A DNA stretch of 64,000 bases, taken from NCBI RefSeq assembly GCF_006345805.1, contig NC_043014.1:2356001-2420000 (forward strand), written 5' to 3'. The translations under genes were made by a program, and so were the position numbers. Shown piece after piece: positions 47,833 through 61,797 of this stretch. Under the pieces are notes generated by a model. That model was not told the DNA's origin, did no database searches, and saw only the letters and a program-made list of their open reading frames with translations. Every line of letters begins with the position of its first letter. Within the stretch, counting starts at the first letter, position 1. The stretch comes from Octopus sinensis. Its lineage: Eukaryota.

Positions 47833-50506
47833 TGTGTCTGTGTTTGTCCCCCTAGCATTGCTTGACAACCGATGCTGGTGTGTTTACGTCCCCGTTACTT
47901 AGCGGTTCGGCAAAAGAGACCGATAGAATAAGTACTGGGCTTACAAAAGAATAAGTCCCGGGGTCGATTTGCTCGACTAAAGGCAGTGCTCCAGCATGGC
48001 CGCAGTCAAATGACTGAAACAAGTAAAAGAGTAAAGAGAGAGTTGATGTTCTCTCTGTACATTGACCAGTCTGTCTGTGTGTGTGTTTGTCTTGTTATAG
48101 ATTAAACTATAAAAAAAAAAAAATCCATCCCAAACCCTCGTTTTTTTCAGGAAAACTGCAGCACTTCTAAAATTTGCTAATTCTTCATTTTCCTCAAATT
48201 CTTAAACAAAGTTGTTTCTCATTACTTCTAATCGTCTTTACACCAATGGCAATTATTTCATAATTGTGACTTCTAAACTGAAATACAATTTTGATAATTG
48301 CAATTTCTATATTTTTCTTCATTTTCCAATGGAAAATTTTTACAAATTGCCTAAAATTATATTTTTTAAATAATTTCACAGTTCGAAAATTGTGAATTTT
48401 GAAAACTTAAATTCCTTTTATTTTCCTAGTTTTCAATGAAAGAATTTTAAAACTGACCAACTTCGAGATGTTGTGGTGGTAATTACTTTTCTTTTTTTTT
48501 TTTCTTCATTTGCTGAGTCTGGAAGGGGCACAGCCCTTAGCCCTTGCAGCCCCTTCTGTTTAAAATGTTGCATGTCAATAGCAGCAGGGAAGAGAGACCA
48601 ATATTTAGATAAGGTGGGGAGGTGGACTTTGTGGTTAGCACAAGGAAGGGGGTGGGGGTGGACATAACAAGGGTGTTGAGGGGTGGAGATGTGAATGGAT
48701 TAGAAGTACCCAAGTGGGGGAAAATATGAGGCCAGTCAGCTCTAAGGAACAGATGCTTGTGATAGAAAAGAGAGAGTAAAGAGGCAGTATGGCTGTTGAC
48801 CAGAGGCTGGAGTGTGTCCAGTTAGTGATGAATGCCAATCAGCTGAGCGACCCTTCGCTAAATGCTGTGCAAGATGTGTGTGTGTGTGTGTGTGTATAGC
48901 AACAGGCCTATTCCAGTTGTGAGATCAGTGCTTCAGCTGCTGGGGACCGAAATACAAGGGGTCCAATTTGTTTAGAAATACCATCATCAATTTAGCATCA
49001 GTTTTTTTTTTCCATGTTTGTATGGATCAGACTGAGTTCCTTGAAGCAGATTTCCCAAAGCACAGATGCCCTTCCTCGTTTCCAAACAAGGTAAAATCCC
49101 CCCATCCATGGCCAGATATATTTTTCACAGAAGACTGGAAATAAATGATACTAAAGTAAGTGCTTTTATCAGAAACGCAGCCTCGCCTGGCCCCCGTGCC
49201 GGTGGCACGTAAAAAGCACCATCCGTTCGTGGCCGTTTGCCAGCCTTGTCTGGCACCTGTGCTGGTGGCACGTAAAAAGCACCCACAACACTCTCATAGT
49301 GGTTGGCATTAGGAAGGGCATCCAGCTGTAGAAACATTGCCAGATCAGACTGGGCCTGGCGCAGCCTTCTGGCTTCCCAGATCCCCGGTCGAACCGTCCA
49401 ACCCATGCCAGCATGGAAAGCAGACGCTAAACGATGATGATGATGATGTTGATGTTCTTCATTGTTATTAACAAACCTTGAAGAAAGTAATAACCACCAC
49501 AACTTCTCGTTTATTTACCTTTGCATGTATAAAAACCTTTATTTTTTTTTTCCTTTTATCTCCTGTGATTGGCAGTTTTGCTTACAAACTTCTTGTGTGT
49601 CATATTCTTCTCACTGTGTTGTGTGTGAGAAAAAAAAAAAACCAGGCTTATTTCATTCGTAGACTCATTTAGATTCGTTACAGCAGGTTTATTTGTCACT
49701 TCTTAAAAACTAAATCCGTCTCGCCATATTACTATTTATTAATTATTAATTAAAGAGGCAGTGAGCTGGCAGAATCATTAGCAAACCAAACGAAAATACT
49801 TAACAACATTTCTTCTGGCTTCATACATTCTGAGTTCAATTTCTGCCAAGGTCAACTTTGCCTTCCATTCTCTCAGAGTTGAGGAAATATGTACCAGTTG
49901 AATACTGGGGTCAATATAACCAATTAGTCCCCCCCTCTCACAAAATTCCAGACTTTGTACCTCGAGAAGAAAAATCATTGTTAAAGATGCCAAGCTGGCA
50001 GAATTGAACAACAATGCTTACCAAAAGTTCTTTTGGCTCTTTATGTTCTGAGTTCAAATTCCACTGAGGTCGGCTTTGCCTTTCGTCCTTTCTGGGTCGA
50101 TAAAATAAAGCAATGAAGATCATGTGACCAACTAATCCCACTCGCCCTAAAATTGCTGACCTTGAGCCAAAGTTATAAAGAATTGTTATTTAATAGGATT
50201 ACAAACAGTTTCTTACATCAGCAAAGAAGGAAAAGGATTATTCTGTGTATATATGTATGTATATGTATGTATATATACATATATGTATACACACTTTTTG
50301 AATTCTGTGACAGTATCACAAAAGTAAAAGTGTGTGAGATAATTAACTTTCAGAGAGACTATTTTAAGAACAAACTCACACATCTGGAACACATCAAAGT
50401 TGAATCTAGCTGTGAGCGATGGGGGAGCGAGACAATAGCAGCAGTTAATTTAATGCTGGTAGTGTCACACATTTTTAATACACAGTGTATGTGTATATAT
50501 ATATAT

Positions 50507-50539
<33 letters not shown>

Positions 50540-52313
50540 GTTAAACAATGACGATAGTGGGTGTAATATTGAGAAGGCTTCATGCGTGTACTCAAATGTA
50601 TAAATTAAAAACAAACAAGTGTGTGTGTATGTAAGTATATATATGTGTGTATTTTATATATATATACACACACACACACACAAAGGGGTGTTGAAAAGTT
50701 CCTGGCTTTAAGTGTGTCGCAAATGGCCTGGTTGGAGGCCCAACCTTCCGCGTTCTTTTACAGGGCTTAGAAAGCCTGAAGGGCCACTGCAATAAGTGTG
50801 TGAATCTGAGAAGGGGAATATGTTGAATGAAACCTTAACTCCTGCATTTTATTGGAAACCAGGAACTTTTTAGCACCACCCCTCACATGTCTGTGTGTGT
50901 GTTAGGCAACTTGGCTCTTCAACTTAACGTTCAATAATAATAATAATCCTTTCTACTGTTGGCACAGAGCTGAGATTGTGTGAGGAATCAAGGGTTAGTC
51001 AATTACATCAACCCCAGTAACTTGGCTGGGACTTTATTTTATTGATCCTGGAAGGATAAAAGCAAAAGGCTACTTCGGTGGGGGTTTGAACTCAGAATGT
51101 AAAGAGCTGTAAATAAAAACCACCAGGCACTTTGTCCCATACTGTAATGGTTCTGCCAGTCAACTGCCCTTCAAATAATAATAATCCAGGGACTGGTTCT
51201 GCTCACTTGGTGAAAATTATTATTATGAACATTAATTATTCAAGAAAAAAAGTAGTTTTATTTAGGAAGGGACTAATAATTCCAAGTGTACGAATCGAAG
51301 GGTCTTTTGTTCAAAGACTTGCAGTATAATTATAAACATATAAAGCCTGTGTATATATATATATAAGCTTTTCTTGCCAAATGCCATAGGGCAGAGACAC
51401 ATAACTTTTGGTAAGCTGAATCAAGTCTTCAACTTACAGTTCTTGCTTTGAGTTTGTTTGTCTTAAATGGTTTTTGGTAAAGGCATGAACATCATTACAT
51501 CCCATTTCTCTCATGCCTATGTAAAAGTTTAAAAATTCAAAAGCAAATAATAATTACATTATTATTTTTCGGGGACCAAAATTCTATTTGAGAATTGTAT
51601 AAATTGTTTGATGTTGAACTTACATTTTGGAATTTTAGCAGAACTTTGCAGGTTGTTTTTTTTGTGTGAGTGTGTGGTGTGACAACCCAACTGTGACAAC
51701 ATACCATATTTTCCAACTTACAAGTCAAAGTTTTCAGACCAAAAAAATTAAATTTTTTTAAAAAGGTCAACTAGACAACTTTGGAGGACCAATAATTCCC
51801 AAGAAAACTAGTGAAGATGTTTGAACGTGTATGCTCTGTTACTTCAACTTGTATTTTGGAAAATATGGTAGAATTACTGAGAAACGTGTCAAAGGAGAAC
51901 GGGAACAACAGATTTTATCTTTAAGCAAAGAAGCCCTTAAATTTAAAGAACCATTTTGATCATATCAATAAATGTTTTTTACCAAATTTTGACAATCTGT
52001 GATGCATATCAAGTAAATAACATAACATAAACCAAATATATTGCCTTAAAGAAAAATTTGTATTTAGAAAGAGGGGGGCAGTAAAACAAAAAAAAAACAA
52101 TTGCATTTGTTTAAAAAAAAAGAAAATTGCCTTTTCCAACAGCAATTTTTGTAATTCTATGTTGTGACTTTTTTGTAGAGTATTTTAATTTCTTTTTTTT
52201 ATCCGTTCTGTTTTTAGTTCAACAAATTGTATCCTAACTGCTGTATAAACCTGTTTTTGTTGGGTTTTATTGTTTGTTTTTTTTTTGTACCATTTTTATT
52301 TACTTTGGTCTAA

Positions 52314-52486
52314 CCCTTTAGCATTCAGATTCCTCTGTCAAGTGGAATGCTTCAAGAATAAGACATTCAGGCACTTTCCAGCAGCTTGAAGATTTCAATG
52401 ATGTAATTGTGTTTATTTTCCTTTTTACAATGGCATTGTCAGGTAAGTATAAGAGGCCAGATATGGCCAGTTTAAATGCTAAAGTG
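52314..52486. mobile_element. piggyBac-like MITE (related pieces near 32130-32334 and 62185)
   Basis: (c)taa|ccctttagcatt ... aatgctaaagtg|ttaa. Confidence 0.6.
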
Positions 52487-54764
52487 TTAAATATCAACTT
52501 CAGAAGCTTTGTTTACAATTTTGTGAACAACATCAAAATTTTTTTTTAAACCGTTGGTGCCCCAGCATGGCCGCGGCCTTCGGGCTAAAACATTTTTAAG
52601 GATTAGCACTTTTTTTTTTTTTTTTTGGCTAATGCTTCACAAATAACATTGCTTCTTTAGTAAATCCTTCCTAAATATAATTAATTAGCCGTCCTTCATT
52701 CCAGATTGTAGAAAAGATTTTTGTTTGTTTCAAAAACATACTTTTGCGTTTATTTTTCTTTATACAAATTTTTTTTATATTCAAAATTTTTATTAAATAA
52801 AATAAATATATCTATATATATTGTTTCTTTTATTTTTCGTTCAGGATTTTACATATTTATTTATATTAACCCATTCTTGCTGAAATTTTTCTTGTGAATG
52901 AAATTGCCTGAAAATTCGCAGATATTCTTATTTTGACCGAAATAGCAACTAAAAAAAATTTTGTTGAAATCCGTTTGATACGGACTGCATACGCGTTAAG
53001 AACATGTTTCATTCTTTGATACAGATCATACACAAATTGTCAGTTTAAACCCGTAATTCCCAATGTGGGGCATGGTAATATTTTAGTAGGGTTATGTTGA
53101 ATCTATACCTTTTGTACACAATGTTTACTATACCTATAAGAGAAAGGGGGCAATTCGAGAATGAGTTATTAAAAAAAAAAATTCTTTACATCCCCCTTCT
53201 GTAGACAATTTTATCAACTTTTGACACTTTAGAGACAACAGTTCATTTCCATCATATTCATAAGATTTGATGTCTCTAAAGTGTCAAAAAATAATTTTGA
53301 CACTTTAGAGACAACAACACCAGGTTGTAAGATTATTTCCTTCGATTTAGTGGAGAAAATGAAAACAAATATGGACAACTTGTTCAGAAACACCTGCAAG
53401 TGAGGAAACAGTTCTCAAAGATAGCCCCCCCCCCCCCATTGTTTTTCTCCAAAATTTCTATGTCCTCGGAATCTACATAGTCGGAGGTATATTTGTAGAG
53501 AATTTCATTAAAAAATATCCGTTTTCTTGAATGTTAAGACGAATTGAAGTGGACTCTGGTGAAATTTCCAAAATCCCACCCCACCAAATTTTGTATATTT
53601 GGAATCTATGTGATATAAAACATGTTCTGTCTTCCTCTTGTTTTATATATATATATATATATATAAAAGTACAATTTATTCACAATCAGAGTTGTTTGAA
53701 AAGTGAGGTACGACTGTATATATACGGCCCAGTGGTTAGGGCAGCGGACTCGCAGTCATAGGATCGCAGTTTCGATTCCCAGACTGGGCGTTGTGAGTGT
53801 TTATTGAGCGAAAACACCCAAAGCTCCACGAGGCTCCGGCAGGGGGTGGTGATCCCTGCTGTACTCTTTCACCACTCTTTCTTCTGTTGGCCTGCTCGCT
53901 TAGCCAGCAGGGTGGCGTCATTAGAAGTCTAAAACAATGCGAACCGCATTGTGACCAGCGATGTGTAACTACATCTGATGGACTGGTTGGTCATGTGATA
54001 TATATATATATAATAATTATGTAAATGATGATGATATATATATATAAGGATAAGAATATCCTGGGGTCTGTGAGGAAAACTCATTTAAATAAAAGGGGCC
54101 GTTGGTAGTGAAAAGGTTGGGAACCAGTGTTGTAGGCAACCTCACTAGCGTTGGTAGCATGAAAAAAAGCAGCCGTTTACATGTAAAGTGGTTGGTGTTG
54201 GGAGAAGGGCATTTGGCTGTTCTTGGCAATTGTTGCAGTCTGTGCTACAATGGAAAATGGATGTGCCACAGTCTGGCACCCCTGACCAAGTGTATTCTAT
54301 TCAAGTCCCAGGCCAAAGAATGGATTTGGTAGACAGAAACTGGAAGAAGACCATTGTGTGTTTGTGTTTGATCCCAGCTACCACTTTGCAACCAGTGTTG
54401 GTTTGTTTACGTCCCGATAACTTAGTGGAGTGTCAAAAAGAGGCTGATTGAATTATTATCAGGTTTAGAAATAAGTACTGGGGTCAGTTTATTTGACCAA
54501 ACCATTCGAGGTAATGCTCCAGCATTGCCACAGTCCAATGCACATATTTGGAAACAGCCGGAAGTGATCTGTGAAGTTTACACTGCTGTTGGTTGGTGGT
54601 CAATACCGTGATCTTCACTGTGTCCGCAGGGGGAGGTGGGGTGGATGGATGGGGTGCACATCTGTTGATGGTGTGGTACAAGTAAAACCATACAAAAATC
54701 ATGTCTCTTTCCACCATCGCCCACAAAATCAGCTTTAGTCTCAGGCTTTTGCTGACCACACCCC

Positions 54765-55213
54765 TTGAAATCTTCAAAGCCACAGTCGAACCAATTCTAC
54801 TATATGGCTCAGAAACCTGGACGTTATCAAAGAAGCTTGACAGGCGGTTGGATGGAACCTACACTCGCCTCCTTATGAGAGCTCAAAATCTCTCATGGAA
54901 GCGCCATCCAACCAAAATGCAAATATATGGGAAACTACCACCTGTGTCATCTCTTGTGAAAGGTAGGAGAGTCCAGTTTGCTGGACATTGTTGTAGAGCT
55001 GAAAAAGAGGTAATTTCTACTCTTCTCCTCTGGAAGCCATCTACTCGCAATACCAGAGGGCGCACACTCTCCTACTCTGATGTAATCTCCAGGGATACAG
55101 GCATCCAGCAACAGGACCTCCGCAATGCCATGATGGACCGTGAAGTCTGGCGTAGCATGGTAAATTCCATTGTCTCGACCACGGTCGAACAATGATGATG
55201 ATGATGATGATGA
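54765..55213 (+). mobile_element. RTE-type LINE 3' fragment of a second family; shorter copy at 60477-60751
   Basis: IFKATVEPILLYGSETWTL..RRLDGTYTRLL..RRVQFAGHC..AMMDREVWR; (tga)n tail. Confidence 0.88.
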
Positions 55214-55666
55214 TAGGAAGAAAATCGATTTCCTTGAAGCATGAAGAATGAGGTATCTTGATCTTGCTCTGGAAGTTTCACAAACTGTCGTATATACAAT
55301 ATGCTATTTTTTTTTTTATTTTATCTAGTTTCAGCTCACGAGCTGTGGCCATGCTGGGGCACCGCCATTTAGTATCTGATGAAATAATGACAAACAGATG
55401 CCATCAATGTAGGCCCTCAGATCAATATTAAGTAAATATGCAGTCCATTTTGAGTAAAGAGTACAACTCAGCTTAAAGTACAGGCATGATGAGTACAGAT
55501 TATTTATTGATGTACAAAAAAGTACCAAAAATACACCCCCCCTCCAAAATATTTGTATCTCACAAAAAAGGGAATTGTTACACACACACACACACACACA
55601 CATGCACACACATAGTATTAATAAATAAATGGAATGAAACACAAAAAACCAGAGATGTTTGAAGGA

Positions 55667-55813
55667 TCAATCAGATTTCCTTGATTTGAATCTTCGTTTA
55701 CTTGGATTATTTTCAGGAGCTAATAAAGTTTCTGTGATAACAGGATTGCTTGGTTCTGCTGTCACTTGGGAGACGAGGTTCCTAGCTTGGTTTATTATGT
55801 CTATAAAAGATAT
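55667..55813 (-). CDS. NOMO: NOMO terminal coding exon (cytosolic tail)
   Basis: tcacag|ATA; ISFIDIINQARNL...NPSKRRFKSRKSD*; in frame with the TM exon. Confidence 0.8.
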   Translation of the reverse strand: MSFIDIINQARNLVSQVTAEPSNPVITETLLAPENNPSKRRFKSRKSD

Positions 55814-56244
55814 CTGTGAAATAGAGAGAGAGTGAGAGTAAAATAGAGTTTTCAACATTGGTGTCTCACAAATAACTAAAGCAGAAAAACGGTGATTCCT
55901 TCACCCATTCTCAAAAGATTTTTGTCTGGCTGGTTACTTAGTGAACCTGTCAGTGCAGGTGCCACTTAAAAAACATCCAGTTCACACTGTAAAGTGGATG
56001 GCGTTTGGAAGGGCGTCCAGCTGTAAAAACCTTGCCAACAAAAGTAATACCAGCTTGACAAAGCTTTGCACACACCAGCAAATTTGTTATTTGCAGTGTA
56101 AATACAAGAACAGCAGTTCTTAGTGAGCCTTAAATGATGGATTCAGTGTCCGTAACTGATTAAGCATAACAAAGCAGAAATGTGTGACCTTACAGTCGGA
56201 TAACATTATTTATTGTCCAGCCCTGGAATGTTCTTTGACACACA

Positions 56245-56333
56245 TAGGGTTAGGGTTAGGGTTAGGGGTTAGGGTTAGGATTAGGGTTAGGGGTTAGGGT
56301 TGGGGTTGGGGTTAGGGTTAGGGGTTAGGGTTA
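56245..56333 (+). repeat. Interstitial telomere-like (TTAGGG)n in the last NOMO intron
   Basis: About 14 units of TTAGGG/TTAGGGG/TTGGGG. Confidence 0.92.
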
Positions 56334-56652
56334 TAGTCTTATGAGGAAAATTTCTCTTCTGAGACAATTACCACAGAAGTCGTTCCATGTACACAAACAT
56401 TAACTATAATTGCACTCATCTATATTTTAATCATAGTGAGCCTTTAAATATTTAGAGTAAGTGCAGACGGGGTTGGTGGGTATTAGGGGTGGGGGAGGAT
56501 GTTTCCTTTTAAAATTTCACTGGCTTCAATCCTTGACACCACCTTCTAAGGTGTGGTCAGGATTCAGAACAGAAAGGGGACGATAACGAAATACAAGACA
56601 TTATGTCAATTCTATCAAAACAAAAAAGAATGGTTAGATTCATTTAGCTTAC

Positions 56653-56766
56653 CTTGCTTAAATTATGTCGGAATTTATAGGCCATATATATGGCACCGAG
56701 GACCAACAGAGCGAATGGTAACAGCAAGAAAGAGGTCTGGTTAAGATCTTGGTCCAAGAGACGGCG
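56653..56766 (-). CDS. NOMO: NOMO transmembrane exon
   Basis: gtcag|CGC...AAG|gtaagc; RRLLDQDLNQTSFLLLPFALLVLGAIYMAYKFRHNLSK (cf. recalled vertebrate RKLPEQDIAQGSYIALP). Confidence 0.9.
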
Positions 56767-57637
56767 CTGACGAAAGAAATTGGTAAAAATCAACTCTTAG
56801 ATGTCTAGACTGTGTAGACAGGTAAAAAAAAGGATGTGTGTGTGTGTGTGTGTGTGAGTCCTGAGGTCTCAATGTGTTTATATGAGTATCACGTAAAAAG
56901 CACCATCCGTTCGTGGCCGTTGCCAGCCTCGCCAGTCACCTGTGTCGGTGGCACGTAAAAAGCACCCACTACACTCTCGGAGTGGTTGGCGTTAGGAAGG
57001 GCATCCAGCCGTAGAAACACTGCCAGATCAGACTGGGCCTGATGCAGCCTTCTGGCTTCACAGACCCCGGTCGAACCGTCCAACCCATGCTAGCATGGAG
57101 AACGGACGCTAAATGATGATGATGATTTGTATGTATGTGTTTGAATGTATGTTGGTATGTGTATCTGATAGTGTGTTTATGTGTCACCCTTTTTTATTGC
57201 TCGCCTCTGTTCCCTCTTTCAAGGTCACTCATTCTTGACATCCCTCCCACTCATACCAACAAACCCCTTTACAACTACCAACCACTCCCTACCATTGCCC
57301 CACCCCTACTATTTCAGTCTCACTGCACTTGGCTATTACTTACAGGCTCTCCTCATTTACTCCTTCTAACACAGACTCCCTGCTTTCCTCCATCCTCTTT
57401 CATACTGTCACCCTAATCACCACGTCTTCCCCCATCATCCTCCCACTTCTTCCTCTTTTCACCCTGGTTCATCGTCATAATGACAATGACACTACATGAC
57501 TTTACATCTATGATGCAATATCAAGTCAAGGACACACAGACACACACACATGGTTACATATATACAACAGGTTTCTTTTGGTTTCTGTCCACTAAATCCA
57601 TTTATAAAAGCTTTGATCAGCCCAGGTCTGTTATTAA

Positions 57638-57992
57638 AGACACTGGCCCGAGATGCCACAACACTAGCCCGAGATGCCACGACACTGGCCCGAGATGTCA
57701 CGACACTGGCCCGAGATACCACGACACTGGCCCGAGAAGCCACGACACTGGCCCGAGAAGCCACGACACTGGCCCGAGATGCCACGACACTGGCCCGAGA
57801 TGCCACGACACTAGCCCGAGATGCCACGACACTGGCCCGAGATGCCACGACACTGGCCCGAGATGTCACGACACTAGCCCGAGATGCCACGACACTGGCC
57901 AGAGATGCCACGACACTGGCCCAAGATGCCACGACACTGGCCAAAGATGCCACGACACTAGCCCAAGATGCCACGACACTGGTCCGAAATGC
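57638..57992. repeat. 21-bp minisatellite (gacactggcccgagatgccac), about 17 copies, inside a SINE-A copy
   Basis: Unit matches SINE-A segment gacacttgcccaagatgccac; SINE sequence continues on both sides. Confidence 0.92.
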
Positions 57993-58169
57993 CATACAGT
58001 GGGACTGAACTTGAAACCATGCAACTAGAAAGCAAACTCCTTGACCACACCATCACACGTCAAAAAGATGATGATGATACCTTTGTCCACGTTACCTGCT
58101 ACTTTTCACATCCATTTGAAGTTTAGGTAACGATACAAATTGCCAAGAAATGCAGAGAAAGTTTCTTAC

Positions 58170-58289
58170 CTTTGGTTCAAACTTGAAGGTGAAGTGTTTA
58201 TACGCAGTGTCGGCCACAAAGTTGTATTCTGGGAGTTGGTAGTCATACATCGAACGAGAAAGAGAACTTTCCAGGCGTAAGTTGTACCC
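58170..58289 (-). CDS. NOMO: NOMO exon
   Basis: ttcag|GGG...AAG|gtaaga; GYNLRLESSLSRSMYDYQLPEYNFVADTAYKHFTFKFEPK. Confidence 0.92.
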
Positions 58290-58693
58290 CTGAAATAATA
58301 ATAATAATAATGGTTTCAAACTTTGCCACAAGGGTAGCAAGTTGTGGGGAGGGGATGAGCAGATTACATCGACCTCAGTGTTCAACTGGTACTTATTTCA
58401 TCGACCCCGAAAGGACGAAAGGCAAAGTCGACCTTGGCAGAATTTGAACTCAGAATGCAGCGACGGACAAAATACTGCTAAGCATTTTGTCTGGTGCACT
58501 AATGATTCTGCCAGATCACTGCAACAACAACAACAATAATAATAATAATCCTTTCTACTGGAAGCAGAAGGCCTCAGATTTGGGTGAAGGGATTAAGATG
58601 ATTACATCGACCTCAGAGCGTAACTGGTACTTATTTAATCAACCCCAAAAAGATGAAAAGCAAAGTTGACCTCGGTGGAATTTAATAATAATA

Positions 58694-58727
<34 letters not shown>

Positions 58728-59319
58728 GTAGTAGTAGTAGTAGTAGTAGTAGTATTTCAAATTTTTTAGGTGAGGACGAGTCAATTACATCGACCCCAGT
58801 GCTTAACTGGTACTTAATTTATCAACCCCAAAAGGATAAAAGGCAAAGTCGACCTCAGCAGAATTTGAACTCGGAATGTAGAAATCGGACTATTTCAGTG
58901 TGAACAAACATTGACTTCATCCTGGCCCCTCCCTGCTCTTGACACCCAACAGAACATGATTGATGTGACATCTGGAGGGAGAGAGAACTGCACCAGCACC
59001 CAGCTTGTCTTTATTTTTCAGCAGAGTAGCCTGGAGTAATGTGAAATGAAGTGCCTTGCTCAACAACAGAACACACTGCTTGCTCCAAGAATTGAAACCT
59101 GTTTCATGATTGTGAGCCCAACACCCTCACCACTGGATCATGCACTTTCTAAGCACTTGACAGAGCAATAAAAAAAAATTGCTTTTCTTTCTCAAATGTT
59201 GTTCACACCTGGAATACCTTTAATTATAAATGTCCAAAAATAGGGATGACTTGAGGCTGATTAATATAATTAACCATCATAAAAGCCCCATGAGAAAACA
59301 TTAAACTCGTTAAGCTTAC

Positions 59320-59421
59320 CTTGTGGTCTGTTGGTAGAGATGGTAGGTAGAAGAAACTTGTAGCTCCCAGGGTAACACTGTAAGTTGGAGAATCTGGACT
59401 TTCATCTTTATACAAGACAAC
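59320..59421 (-). CDS. NOMO: NOMO exon
   Basis: gaccag|GTT...AAG|gtaagc; VVLYKDESPDSPTYSVTLGATSFFYLPSLPTDHK. Confidence 0.92.
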
Positions 59422-59456
59422 CTGGTCAAAGAGAATGGCAACAGAATGGTAAGTGA

Positions 59457-60022
59457 AGGACAAGAGAATGGGAAATGAATGTTAACTGAAGAGCAAGGGA
59501 ATGAGAATTGAATGCCAAGAACAAGAGAATGGAAAATGAATGCAAACAGAAGGGCAAGGGAATGAGAATTGAATGCTAAGAACAAGAGAATGGAAAATGA
59601 ATGCTAACTGAAGGGCAAGGGAATGAGAATTGAATGCTAAGAACAAGAGAATGGAAAATGAATGCAAACAGAAGGGCAAGGGAATGATAATTGAATGCTA
59701 AGGACAAGAGAATGGAAAATGAATGCTAACTGAAGGGCAAGGGAATGAGAATTGAATGCTAAGAACAAGAGAATGGAAAATGAATGCAAACAGAAGGGCA
59801 AGGGAATGATAATTGAATGCTAAGAACAAGAGAATGGAAAATGAATGCTAACTGAAGGGCAAGGGAATGAGAATTGAATGCTAAGAACAAGAGAATGGAA
59901 AATGAATGCTAAGGACAAGAGAATAGAAAATGAATGCAAACGGAAGAGCAAGGGAATGGCAATTGAATGCTAAGGACAAGAGAATGGGAAATGAATGCTA
60001 ATTGAAGGGCAAGGGGATGCTA
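59457..60022. repeat. 59-bp minisatellite filling most of a NOMO intron
   Basis: aagaacaagagaatggaaaatgaatgctaactgaagggcaagggaatgagaattgaatgct about 9-10 times; itself a diverged ~30-bp dimer. Confidence 0.9.
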
Positions 60023-60097
60023 AGTGTTTGTCTCTTTCCCTTTCTTCTCTCTCTTTCTCACTCTCTGAAACAAATCCCCCCTCACGCCAACACTCAC

Positions 60098-60208
60098 CTT
60101 TAAATGAGAGAGGAATTCATTAGGTGTTATCACATTTCCACTGATGTCCATCTGGTTCAACCGTCGAAATGCTATGATGTTGACATTGACCAAGTCTTCG
60201 TTCTCCAC
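60098..60208 (-). CDS. NOMO: NOMO exon
   Basis: tacag|GTG...AAG|gtgagt; VENEDLVNVNIIAFRRLNQMDISGNVITPNEFLSHLK. Confidence 0.93.
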
Positions 60209-61700
60209 CTGTACACACAAAAACAAAACCACAAAGAGGTTCCTTTAACACAAGCTTTGGAATTAACAACTCAATAGTTTATAATCAACAGTAATTATAA
60301 AGGCCCATTGATCTAATTAACAATTTAGTTAATTGTAAATAGCTCAGCAACTTCACTTATTTTATAGCTTTAACCTGTTGCAAAGGTCAAAACACAAAAG
60401 CTGACCCAACTGATCCACACAACTCATCAACATTTAGTCTCTGTCTCCATCTATCTATCTTTCTATCTCTCTCTCATATATATGGGAAATTACCACCTGT
60501 ATCATCTTTTGTGAAAGGTAGAAGAGCCCAGTTTGCTGGTCATTGTTGTAGAGCTGAAAACGAGGTAATTTCTACTCCTCTGGAAGCCATCTACTCGCGA
60601 TACCAGAGGGTGTACACTCTCCTACCCTGATGTAATCTCCAGGGATACAGGCATCCAGCAACAGGACCTCCGTAATGCTATGATGGACCGTGAAGTCTGG
60701 CGTAGCATAGTAAATTCCATTGTCTCGACCATGGTTGAACAATGATGATGATCTCTCTCTCTCTCTCTCATCAGATCCATGCAATATTTATTAAACAGTC
60801 TCTCTCTCTCATTTGATCCACATCACAGAAAATAGCCTTCCTCTCATTTGATCTGCACAACACATCAGTTAAACACCCTCTTTTGTATAAAGACATTAGT
60901 TAAATATTGTTATTCCCCACCATTTGATCTTCAACTCTCTCTCTCTCTCTTCTTTGATCTACACACATATGCACAAAATCAATATCTCATCAAGGTTATG
61001 AAGCTGGGATTGTCTGTTCCCAAAACTAAATCCAGCCCTAAAATCACTCTGCAGTGAAAAATGTATTAGCATTGTGACAAGGTTAGAAACCATCATAGTT
61101 ATTATTATTATTATCATCATTAAGGTGGCAAGCTGAGAGAATTGTTAGTATGCTGGGCAAAATATTTAGCAACATTTTATCCTTCTTTATGCTCTGAGTT
61201 CAAATTGTGCCAAAGTCAACTTTGCCTTTCATCCCTTTAGGGTCAATAAAATAAATACCAGATGTGTACTGGGGTCGATGTAATTGACTCATTCCCTCCC
61301 CCAAAACTGCTGCCCTTGTGGCAAAATTTGAAACCATTATTATTATTATTATTATTATTATTCTGGCCCCCGTGCCGGTGGCACATAAAAGCACCATCCA
61401 TTCGTGGCTGTTTGCCAGCTCCGTCTGGCACCTGTGCGGGTGGCACGTAAAAAGCAGCCACTACACTCACGGAGTGGTTGGCGTTTAAGAAGAGCATCCA
61501 GCCGTAGAAACACTGCCAGATCAGACTGGAGCCTGGTGCAGCCTCTTGGCTTCCCAGACCCCAGTTGAACCATCCAACCCATGCTAGCATGGAAAACGGA
61601 CGCTAAATGATGATGATGATGATGATGATCATTATTATTATCATTATCATTATTATTATTATAATTATTATTATTATTATCATTAATATTGTTATTATTA

Positions 61701-61732
<32 letters not shown>

Positions 61733-61797
61733 GTTATTGTTATTGTTATTATTGTATCCACATGCACACACCCTGTGACAAAATAAGGAATACCCAC

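Noticed and set aside
57480-58028. Heptad-repeat protein ORFs (CHDTGPR / DATTLAR)
   Set aside because: Result of a 21-bp SINE-derived minisatellite inside a NOMO intron.
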